In this document: positions 53,991-64,000 of the stretch, one piece after another
How the letters are laid out: each line of letters opens with the position of its first letter
Numbering within the stretch: the first letter of the stretch is position 1
Assembly: GCF_001194135.2 (NCBI RefSeq)
Contig: NC_068998.1
Coordinates: forward strand, 26,601,941 to 26,665,940
Reading direction: 5' to 3'
DNA: 64,000 nt
Origin: Octopus bimaculoides
Taxonomy: Eukaryota
Program-made: the position numbers and the translations under genes
The notes under the pieces: model-generated
The model's database searches: none
Told to the model about the DNA's origin: nothing
What the model saw: the letters and a program-made list of their open reading frames with translations, nothing else

Positions 53991-56115
53991 TCACATTAGA
54001 TCTATGAAAAAAAAATAAGGTCTGAACAGTCAACTGGTAACTTCTTGGGAATTTGACTTTATATTCTCTCTGGCATTCCCATACTGGCACTCAGTTATGA
54101 TGACAAATGTTGCAGTTGATTCAATCAACAGAACAGCCTGCTCATGAAATTAACATTATACCCTTAACATAGTTCTTTGAATTACAAGTACAACTCATTT
54201 TTACCAACAGGATTCAAGAAGTATAATGAAAATATAACACTGCTTACAAGAAATTGTGCTCTATTTAATATTAAGAATTACATTATGAAATGAATCCAGT
54301 GAATGTGCTTATTTCCTTTCATTTATAGTGCAAGTAGTAACCATAATCACATTAAGATACGGCAACTTAGTTTGAAATATGAGCTGGTTGATGCAGCAGG
54401 ACCACCACTTTAATGGGCCCTGAAAAGATTTGATAGCCCAAAACTGAAAGAAGCTGTTATAGGATACTAGCCAAAATGTATTTAAAACCATGCCAACAGT
54501 TAAATATGTATGTAGGTGGCAGGGTATGTGTGTATATGTGAATGTGTGTGTAATACAGTGTCTTGCTTAAGGATACAATTTTCTCTCTACTGTCACATAT
54601 TTTCCACAGCAGATGTTACAAGTTTTAATGTTTTGAAAATGTGGATGATTTTCTTTTCTCTTGCATCAAGCCTTTGTGAAACATCTTTTACTGTTACTTT
54701 ACACACCCTTACCTTCAATTCCACCTGATGGCTTTGTTGTAGTCATTTTGAGTGCAGGTTAATCCAGCAGCAAGATAATTGACAATTATCAGCAACAACT
54801 ATGTAGTAAAAAAAAATAGCACCAGGAAAGAACTGCTTTGTGAGAGCAAAAAATTGTTATCTTCTTTCTGTGGAGATAAGAATAGAAATGAGGTGAAAGG
54901 GAGAGGTAGGAGGAAGTGTTATATGATTATAGTTAGTTGAAGGATTTCCATATTCATGGGCACTTTACCTTGCAACATTGTCTTGAGTCATTAAAATGCC
55001 ATACTCTATCCAAACTTACACAGGCACACAGACACACACATAATTGTATTAACATGCAACATATGTAGCTACAGGCATTGCATCAGGCTGATTCTAATAT
55101 TCTTGTTGTTAGTGAGTTATTCAAAAGTTGGAAGATTGACAATGGTGATGGTTGTGTTGGTTTTGCTGGTAGTGATGATGGTAATGTTGATTGTGGGTGA
55201 TGTTGGTGGTAGCCATATTGTTCTTGTTAATTGTATAGATGTTCCTGCTTAGTCTCAAGTCAATCCTTATTGACTTAAGATCAAAGACATTCCATTCAAC
55301 TTTTAAAATAGAGTAAGGTTTCACATTATCTCATGTCATAGTCTTTTATTTCAAACAGTGCCACTTATCTTCTTCATACTATTGCTGCTGTTGTTATTGA
55401 TCATTAAAAAGTTGGTTAGCTGATAATGGTGGTGGTTCTTTTGGTCATGGCATTGTATTGGCATTGACTTTAGATAGTGGTAATGGTGAAGGTTGATTCA
55501 GATAGCAAGATAGATAGTTAGATAGACAGATATTCAAGGAAAATGAAGTGAGCAAGACATTATTCCATTGATTTACAATTGTTTCATCATGATCAACTTC
55601 ATGTGCATTTCTGTATTATGCAATATGCAGCCAATGATACATGAGTTATCAGAGACACAAAATCGAAGATATTCTTCAGAATATTGCATAAAAGTTATCT
55701 TAATGGGGTAAACTCCAGGGTCAGCACTCAGAACTCAGTTATCACAGCTTTCTATCTTGATCAGTGCTCTATTTTCTGTAGAAAATAGATCTGAAACCTA
55801 GAAAATTGAAGAAAGCCATTATGGATATAAGCGCAGCAACTGAAACTAGCTCAAGATGGCTATATTTGAAAGGAAACTGGAAGTAGAACCCTGTTGTAGG
55901 TGAAGACTAGCTGAGTCATCACTTCCCCACAAAGTTTACATGCTAAGGGATACCCTTTGAGACACCTGCTGGTGATTTAGAAATGTTTCCAACATTGCAA
56001 ACGATTTAGAAGAGCTTGCAAAACTTTTGAGCAGTTTTTGCAGTTTCTGCATGGGTTAAAGATTCTCTGATCTTTATTTCACACACACACGCACCACACA
56101 TAGACATACATACAT

Positions 56116-56146
<31 letters not shown>

Positions 56147-56150
56147 TACA

Positions 56151-56535
56151 TGTTGTTGTTGTTGTTGGCACTCCATCGCTTACGACATCGAGGGTTCCAG
56201 TTGATACGATCAACTGAACAACCTGCCCGTGAAATTAACGTGCATGTGGCTGAGCACTCCACAGACTCGTGTACCCTTAACGTAGTTCTCGGGGAGATTC
56301 AGCGTGACACAGTGTGACAAGGCTGACCCTTTGAATTACAGGCACAACAGAAACAGGAAGTAAGAGAAAGTTGTGGTGAAAGAGTACAGTAGGGTTCGCC
56401 ACCATCCCCTGCCGGAGCCTCGTGGAGCTTTAGGTGTTTTTGCTCAATAAACACTCGCAATGCCCGGTCTGGGAATCGAAACCACGATCCTATGACCACG
56501 AGTCCACTGCCCTAACCACTGGGCCATTGCGCCTC
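56151..56535 (-). mobile_element. tRNA-derived SINE family C, young full-length copy with (CAA)n tail
   Basis: Minus strand gaggcgcaatggcccagtggttagg (A box) ... ggtttcgattcc (B box) ... actggaaccctcgatgtcgtaagcgatggagtgcc(aac)n. CpG-rich; acataca on both flanks (possible TSD within a TACA repeat). Confidence 0.9.
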
Positions 56536-57307
56536 GACTACATACATACACAGATAAACAGACAGACAGGTAGGCAGAGAAATATGCTTGTATATGTATA
56601 CATACAAATGTACTTTTTCTGCATAATTTTTGTGAATCCAAAGCTAAAATCAATGTACTTTGTTGGACGCAATGGGGATAGATTTAATCTTTTGCTGACA
56701 TAGCACCACCAAAACCTTTTTCTTAGGTATCTTTAACACATACCATTCTGTTGCAGTCATTCAAGCAAGGTCTCTAGACTGGGGATGAGATCATCCCTTA
56801 CTCTCGCAATTCATGAAGGCCCTCAAAAATGTCATAAGTACTGCTTTTCTACCTTTAAGTCATTAAACATCAGCCAGTGACATATTTAATTTATATCTCA
56901 GTCAGTTGATTCTTTTAATGCTTTTTTTTGTCTCTTTTTTAACTTTTGTTACTGGAGATTTTGTTCCTGCAATCTTAACAAACAATCAAATAGGATATTT
57001 TATTTGCTAACACTAACTTCATGAATCATCATAAACATTCTTCATGCTAACTGAATGTACATTTTCCTTACAACACACTTTTCTTATGTGGTTAATTATG
57101 TTCTCTCCTGCTTGGATTTTACTTATTTCAAACATGTTGTTAATGTTAACTAATATATTATTGCAACTAATTAATGAACTGCTGAAACAAATGGAAGAGG
57201 AGTTAATTTACTTCCAGCATGCTATAACTTATACGTTTATGTGTGTGTATATATGTATATATACACAGATATAGGGCATATATGTATATTCATTTTGCAT
57301 GTACCTC

Positions 57308-57353
<46 letters not shown>

Positions 57354-57779
57354 GCATACACACGTATATACACACATACACATACTCAAAAGTGAATATG
57401 ACCTTATATATATGTATCTATGTATGTATGTATGTGCATTTGTATGTACCTATCTATGTATATGTGCGTGTATGTATGTATGTATGATAATTCAGTACGA
57501 CAATGAACAATACCTAGTGGCAGTTATTTTTACATTACTAGTGAGGTTATCTTTCATCTACCTAAGATATTAATATAATGAAACTCGTAAAGGTGGTGCC
57601 CCAAGATGTCTGAAACCGGTAAAGATAAAGAAAAAAACATATTTCAGTTCAGCCCAAATTTTGCCATTGTGAGTACAAGCATGAGTGCCATGGTTCAGAA
57701 GCTGGCTTAGTTAACTGTATGATCCTAGCACTCTGGGGTAAATTTCTTCTATGACCTTACCTGTTGGTTGATGGATATC

Positions 57780-57863
57780 TTGTAGCAGAAATTTGGTTGA
57801 AGGAAATTGTGTGGAAGCCCATTGTTTAAATATGTGCATATCTGTGTACACATGTGTGTGTGC

Positions 57864-57902
<39 letters not shown>

Positions 57903-58514
57903 NNNNNNNNNNNNNNNNNNNNNNNNNNNNNNNNNNNNNNNNNNNNNNNNNNNNNNNNNNNNNNNNNNNNNNNNNNNNNNNNNNNNNNNNNNNNNNNNNN
58001 NNNNNNNNNNNNNNNNNNNNNNNNNNNNNNNNNNNNNNNNNNNNNNNNNNNNNNNNNNNNNNNNNNNNNNNNNNNNNNNNNNNNNNNNNNNNNNNNNNNN
58101 NNNNNNNNNNNNNNNNNNNNNNNNNNNNNNNNNNNNNNNNNNNNNNNNNNNNNNNNNNNNNNNNNNNNNNNNNNNNNNNNNNNNNNNNNNNNNNNNNNNN
58201 NNNNNNNNNNNNNNNNNNNNNNNNNNNNNNNNNNNNNNNNNNNNNNNNNNNNNNNNNNNNNNNNNNNNNNNNNNNNNNNNNNNNNNNNNNNNNNNNNNNN
58301 NNNNNNNNNNNNNNNNNNNNNNNNNNNNNNNNNNNNNNNNNNNNNNNNNNNNNNNNNNNNNNNNNNNNNNNNNNNNNNNNNNNNNNNNNNNNNNNNNNNN
58401 NNNNNNNNNNNNNNNNNNNNNNNNNNNNNNNNNNNNNNNNNNNNNNNNNNNNNNNNNNNNNNNNNNNNNNNNNNNNNNNNNNNNNNNNNNNNNNNNNNNN
58501 NNNNNNNNNNNNNN

Positions 58515-58574
<60 letters not shown>

Positions 58575-58690
58575 TCCTCTACTACCACTTAACAGCCAGT
58601 ACTGGGGTCAGTTCATTTGACTAAAAGTTCTTTAAGGTGGCACCCCAAAATGGCTGCAATCTAATGATTGAAAAAGATAAAAGATAAGAG
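57780..58690 (+). mobile_element. SINE family A pieces spanning a gap
   Basis: tttggttgaaggaaattgtgtggaagccc before the gap and gtttgtcctc...catttgactaaa...aaggtggcacccc...atgattgaaaaagataaaag after it. Confidence 0.6.
57903..58514. other. Assembly gap (largest of eight: 2899-3009, 11515-11598, 16087-16308, 30962-30971, 39097-39459, 41920-42175, 50165-50471, 57903-58514)
   Basis: N runs, most flanked by simple repeats; exons could be hidden in them. Confidence 1.
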
Positions 58691-59269
58691 TTAAAAGATA
58701 TGACTTTCACACTAGTAAATGATGGTAGTTTCTCGTAGACTGAGAAAGACAGTTCTGTAATTTCATGCTGAACAATTCTGCACAATTGAATTGTTCATAA
58801 AAGTGATCTGTTTATAGTGCTATCAAATTGATGTTGTCTGAACAGGTGCACGATGTAACTTGTAAATATACTATATTTAATATCACACACCTTTATAACT
58901 TTTTTCTGTTACTGAATCAAATTCTTTTGTCATCTTCACCATTTTCCCTATCTTCTATCTCTTTCTCCTCTCTCTCCCTCCTCACTCTCTCCCTCCAACT
59001 CTCTCTCTCCACTCTCTCCCTCTACTTTCTCTCTCTCTCTTTATCTCTATCTCTCTCCACTTATTCACTCTCTCTCCCTTTCTCTTTCTCACTTTCTCTC
59101 TCCAACTGTAGTAGCTATGTATCTCCTCTGCTGCATGACACCTATTTTTGTCCTAATTATATTCTAACCTCTCATCACCTGGCACAAAACCAACTCCCAT
59201 AATACTATTCCGACTTAGTTGAATAGTTTTATCCTGCAAGTTACTTAGTGACCTCACTGCTGCTGGTGT

Positions 59270-59455
59270 CATGGAAAAGAACCCAGTACACTCTGTAAAG
59301 TGGTTGGCATTAGGAACAACAACATGTCGCAGAAACCATGCCAAAGCAGATAGTAGAGCCTGGACCTGTCTTCTGACTTGTGAGCTCTTGTCAAACATTC
59401 CAACCCATGCCAGCAGGGAAGGAGGATGTTAAATGATGGTGGTGACAATGCTGAT
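59270..59455 (+). mobile_element. Retroposon family D copy
   Basis: cccagtacactctgtaaagtggttggcattaggaa...ccaacccatgccagcagggaaggaggatgttaaatgatg. Confidence 0.8.
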
Positions 59456-60149
59456 GAGGACTCTACCCTGGTCTGACTCAGATCGAATGTAATAAAATAA
59501 ATAAAAAGGAGAATTTAAGTCAGGGAAACAGACATTGTGTCAGATGCACAACTTTTCAGACTGAGGTATGATTAAGCAAGCCTCTACATGGCCAAATTTC
59601 TTGTGAATTACATCCCACCATCTTAAATATAAAATATGAAAATGAACAATGATTGTAATCCAAAATATTCAAAAATTGTGCCAGCTGGAATGCTTTTGAT
59701 AATTTGCTTAATCAGGGCTCAGTTAGAGTCAAGCAACAAAGTTCTTGCAGGCTGGTAGATTTAAGAACCCTCATACTAACCTAGCTTTTAGGTACCTATA
59801 ATGCAATAGAGTGTTGCAGTCATTCATGCCAAGTCTCTAGTCTGAGGATACCTTCCTCCCTTCCTCCAACTAGTCATGAAGAGCATCTTATCTGATAACA
59901 CTTACCTCATGAATATTTGTAAGCATCCTTAATGCTAACTGATACTATGTTTTGCTTGCAACAAGACTCTCCTTATTTTGTTAGCTATTTCTCTCCGTTT
60001 TTGAGATCAATTGGGTTTTATTTATTTTAAATGTGCTCCTTGTTAATACATTGCAAAAAATTAATGATTTGATGAAACAGAAGAAAGGGGAATTAGTTTA
60101 CTTCCAGCATGTTGAAACTTAGAATACTTAGTAGGACATGAGTCAGTGT

Positions 60150-60590
60150 AACAGTTGAGAATATTTAGTATTAGTTGCTTTTGCTGCTGTTCACTCAGCA
60201 GACCAAGATCTTGAAGTACATGGTCAGAGGCAGTATATGGTGTGACACATTAGCTACATCTAAGATGATGCTATATAATACAAGCACACATATCTTAGAC
60301 CATATCCAAAAAAAGTCACATAACTGTTTGAATTGCTGTCTAATATGCTCATACAATCTGGCCCAGAAACATGCTGTCTTTTCTCTCTGTCTTTTCTACT
60401 ATTGCCGCTTCCTTCTCACTCATTCTTCTCTCTTCCTCTTATCAATCATATTCTGTACCCTTGACCAATCCACCCTATTCTCTATTTCCAGTCCATCCTC
60501 CCCTCCTTGAATGCATTAACTGTACATTTTTTTCCTCCAGCCATTGACTTACAACTGTTTAAGAGCAATGTTAACTGCATTAATCTCAGC
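60150..60590 (+). mobile_element. CR1/L2-type LINE 3' remnant
   Basis: ILDHIQKK...LAQKHAVFSLCLFYY and NALTVHFFPPAIDLQLFKSNVNCINL match the CR1-like C-terminal pattern (LD.iQkk....L.hRR.va.L.lFY.YY ... WNsLP...FP...dLq.FKs.VN). This explains track ORFs 60175-60510 and 60507-60689. Confidence 0.75.
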
Positions 60591-63044
60591 AGTTTTTGGT
60601 TTCGAAAAAGTCATCAGCAAAGCCCTTTCCTCACACCTAATCTAGTAAGAAAAAGATATGCCATCTTTATTGACTATGTGTTGTTTTAAAATTCTAGATA
60701 TTAAACATGTTATACTCATGCTGGAATACTCTGAGAATGATTTAACTGTTGCACTGAAATTTCCTTGGAAGCTATTTACAGTAAATGATAATTTTTGTAC
60801 ATTCAAACCCAATAAATGTATATTTAGGATCCATAAGTCCATTGTAGAATATGCTCATCTTAGAGTCATTATCTATTCCTTTGAAGAAAGATAGTTGTTA
60901 TATTACTTTTATTAGTTTGCTTACGTGGAAAATATAAACTCTTCATGATTTCCATTTATATTATATAGCTTTAAATAAATTCGATCATAAACCAGTATCA
61001 AACCATATTATTTGTTTTATGTTGCTTCCTATAAATTCAATCATATAACTTCTGCCTTAAGAAACTCTGAAAATGTCTTCCTAAATGAAGAAAATCACTG
61101 AAGATACAAACTTTGCAATTTAATTCCTTATTCTCTGGAAATGTCCAGAACCTTCAGCTAAATGTATTTAGCTTCAACCTTTTTCATTTTCAGTTAAAAT
61201 GTCACCTAGATCAGATTTACCTTTTATTCCTCCAAGATCAATAAAAACGAATTACCACCCACCATAGAGGTGATCAATATAAAGGTGTTTCCTTTTGTTT
61301 AAAAAAATTTAACTTGTGATTTCAAGATTGAAATCAATATTGAATTTCTTAAAATAATTCCCTTATTAGAAGCAGCAGCTGTAAAGGCTTTGTGTTCAGA
61401 CTTATTTTATCTACTGTCCCAGTGGCCTATGTCTTCAGTTTCAGTAACACACACACACATAGCCTTACTTGGATTATCTGAGTTGAAATAGTTACTGAAT
61501 TGAAATATTTTCTGACACTGAATAGGAATGTTACTTTTTGTAAAACTACCTGTGATATGTAAGGAATGTGAGCTCACCACATACAACACACAAAAAGATA
61601 AAACATATAATGCTTACAATTTGTAAAAGGGGAGTTTGCTATAGTTGTGGTATTGTTTAATAGTATGGAGGAAGCAATGATTATGTCATCAGACTCAGTA
61701 CTTAACCCAGGTTGTTCCACATTCAAAAGCTAACCTCGTTTATTTATGCACATTTTGGTACTAGAGTGACTTCACACATTTTTCATGTTATGTTTTAGCT
61801 TCTTATCTTAGACATAATTATAAATGATCTTTTCCATTGTCTGCTGTGTTATCACTTAAATCAGCACAAGCAATGGATTAGCAGTAATTAGTACTTATAG
61901 AAAAATGAGAAACTCTCAACTAGGCTAGAATGAAAAGAGTCATAGTTTAAAAATTTAATCAGATAAATATGCTACACCTCATGAGGAAAATATGACTGAT
62001 TAGCTTGGTGATATTGAGAATACAATCAACATTGATAAAATGAAATATAATAATTAATTTAGAATCAGCAAAGATCAGACAAAATGTCATATGGTATTTA
62101 GTTGTGTCTCTTTATGTTGTGGTGGAGGTGTGTAGCTTAGTGGTTAGGGTGTTGCACTCATAACTGTAAGATTGTGGTTTTGATTCCTGGATTGGGCAAT
62201 GTGCTATGCTCTTGAGCAAAACGCTATATTTCACATTGCTCTAGTCCATTCAGATGGCAAATATGAGTAATCTTGTTTCCACTCCAGGGATGGAATATAT
62301 GTGCCACAGGATTTAGGAAACTGACCTTATAAGTGTATGTCTCAAGATAGACTTTTGATCCTTTTTACTTCATATCATGAGTGTGAAACCCACTAAGAGC
62401 AACTTTGCTTTTTAAAATATATCAACCTGATGCTGAAGTTTGTTGGAGATGATTCAGCAGTTGAATTTAATTTAAATAATTCCTACTTGCATAAAAAAAG
62501 GGAAATTTTCATATGTTCAAACCCAACAAGTTTGTATTTTAGGATCTAAAAGCATACTATAGAAAAGCCTTATCTTCAATTCACTGTGTTTGTTAAAATA
62601 AAAATACCATTCAAGGATTGGGATTGATTAAAACAATTATATCATTGTTACTATTATATAGACAAAAGCAGAGAATGAAAGAAGTGGTAGAACAACAGAT
62701 AAATTTCCTTGCTACATTTAGTCATATTTCTTTACAATCTGGGTTCAAATTCCTGTCAAACACAACTTTAAATTGCTTCCTGTTTCAGGCTTAATGAAAA
62801 TAAAGTCCCAGTCAAATCCTAGAATTGATGAAATTCTAAAAATATCTTTTAAATTGCTGCATTTCTAAGTCTGCAGGCATAGCTGAATGGTTAAGAAGAT
62901 AGCTTCACAATCATGAAGTCCTCATGAACAATCTCAGCACATGGCATCTTGGGTAGTGTCTTTAACTTAGTCTCAGGCCAGTGAGTGAAACTTATGAGGA
63001 GAACATCAGATGGATTGTATGTGTAGTGCGAACAATTTCAGGGC

Positions 63045-63235
63045 AAGGAATAAGTTGATTATATTTATCCCAGTGCTCAACTGGTACTTATTTTATCAAC
63101 CCTGAAAGGATCGCTAAAGTAAGTATGAGTTGAGGGAAGTCGATCTTAGCAAAATTTGAACTCAGAATGTCAAAATGAATGAAATGCTACTCAGCATTTT
63201 GCCTGGCATAGAAGCTATTCTGCCAGCTCATCCAC
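63045..63235 (-). mobile_element. SINE family B copy
   Basis: cccagtgctcaactggtacttattttatcaaccctgaaaggat...aaaatttgaactcagaatgt. Confidence 0.8.
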
Positions 63236-63475
63236 CTTAACACATTATAACATACAGTGTGATGTTGATTCACCTTCAGGGATTACAGTAAGGCTACATA
63301 TGTTTGTGAGATACTCAGCCTGTTTCATGTTGATTTAAAGCATTGGATATTTATTTGATTGAATAATTGGATGTTCATCGGCAAAACTGAATGAGGATCT
63401 ATTATCTTAAGCATTCGAATTAAAAGTATCATAAATTTCTGATACTATAAACAGGTGTTTTTCTTAATTCAACAG

Positions 63476-63636
63476 GTAGGCAATATAATGCCATTTTTAA
63501 CGGCGATTCTCCCCCCTCCTTCCCAACTACTAATAAACAATATCATATTTACAGTCAACACCCATCAGCTCCTCATACGAGTGCTATTCCTGTCTGTGGG
63601 TACTGTCCCTCTACCTCTTCTGTTAAAACTTATTAA
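63476..63636 (+). CDS. Weak candidate terminal coding exon (S/P/T/Y-rich tail)
   Basis: Acceptor gtttttcttaattcaacAG (63474-5). The phase-1 frame reads RQYNAIFNGDSPPSFPTTNKQYHIYSQHPSAPHTSAIPVCGYCPSTSSVKTY* (TAA 63634-6). Retains 3 CpGs in a depleted background. No homology recognised. Confidence 0.25.
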
Positions 63637-64000
63637 ACACAAGCTTGGTGCTCCAAAACTTAATTTACTCTACCATCATCACATGATAAATTCTTTATAG
63701 ATGTAGTTATTTAGGCATGAATACAGAAAATAACCCTATTACTACTACTACTACTACTTTTTCCTTCCTCTTTCTTCCCATTCTACTTTTCCTTTTCTTT
63801 CTTTCTTTCTTCTTTGTCTTCTTCCTTCATAAATTATTTTTATTACTATCACACATCAGTTTAGATACTGGCATGTTTTTAAATATAACTGAGTGCTTAA
63901 GAAGTTCATATATATCATCATTGTCTTCATCATCACCATTTAATACCCCTGTGTGTGTGTGCGTTCGTGTGTGTGTGCATGCGTGCCTGCATGCATGTGT

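Larger units (their letters stand above)
56722..60120 (+). repeat. Two diverged direct copies of an unclassified repeat (~56722-57235 and ~59786-60120)
   Basis: Shared blocks tgttgcagtcattca.gc.a.gtctctag.ctg.gga and tgaaaca.a.g.a.gga.tta.tttacttccagcatg. Confidence 0.65.

Noticed and set aside
56440-56535. tRNA-like sequence with A and B boxes (also other SINE heads)
   Set aside because: Continuous with SINE body and tail and multi-copy; not called as a tRNA gene.
1276-58624. Numerous track ORFs rich in YI, CV, HT repeats or X
   Set aside because: Dinucleotide microsatellites and N-gaps lack stop codons; these are artefacts.
60507-60689. Apparent exon with a strong acceptor (ttttttcctccAG) and GTAAGA donor
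   Set aside because: The peptide is the CR1-type LINE C-terminus.
61194-61267. Possible short terminal exon (KMSPRSDLPFIPPRSIKTNYHPP*)
   Set aside because: Only an acceptor and 24 codons; indistinguishable from chance.

Overview
AT-rich, microsatellite-dense eukaryotic DNA from a short-read assembly (eight N-gaps, most next to simple repeats). The tRNA-derived SINE families and TE mix match my recollection of octopus (coleoid cephalopod) repeats; this is recognition, not a database hit. Most of the window reads as intronic sequence of one long + strand gene. Only one exon is well supported: a phase-1/phase-1 exon at 48909-49154 encoding the N-terminal part of an extracellular immunoglobulin domain. 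A compatible 54-nt exon lies upstream (44551-44604), and there are two weaker candidates (33216-33409, 63476-63636). The rest is TE debris: several SINE families, a TIR-to-TIR mariner (DD34D) deletion derivative, a Tigger/pogo remnant, an RTE LINE 3' end with two C2H2-like fingers, two CR1-type LINE 3' ends and MITEs. Almost all ORFs in the supplied track are microsatellite or gap artefacts. There is no CRISPR array, rRNA, bona fide tRNA or operon-like system, and I cannot support a claim of a new biological system. The most notable structures are a sharp CpG-rich to CpG-depleted step near 8 kb and a ~1.1 kb intronic foldback at 35.0-36.1 kb with strand-asymmetric divergence. Repeat boundaries are by-eye estimates unless exact termini are quoted.
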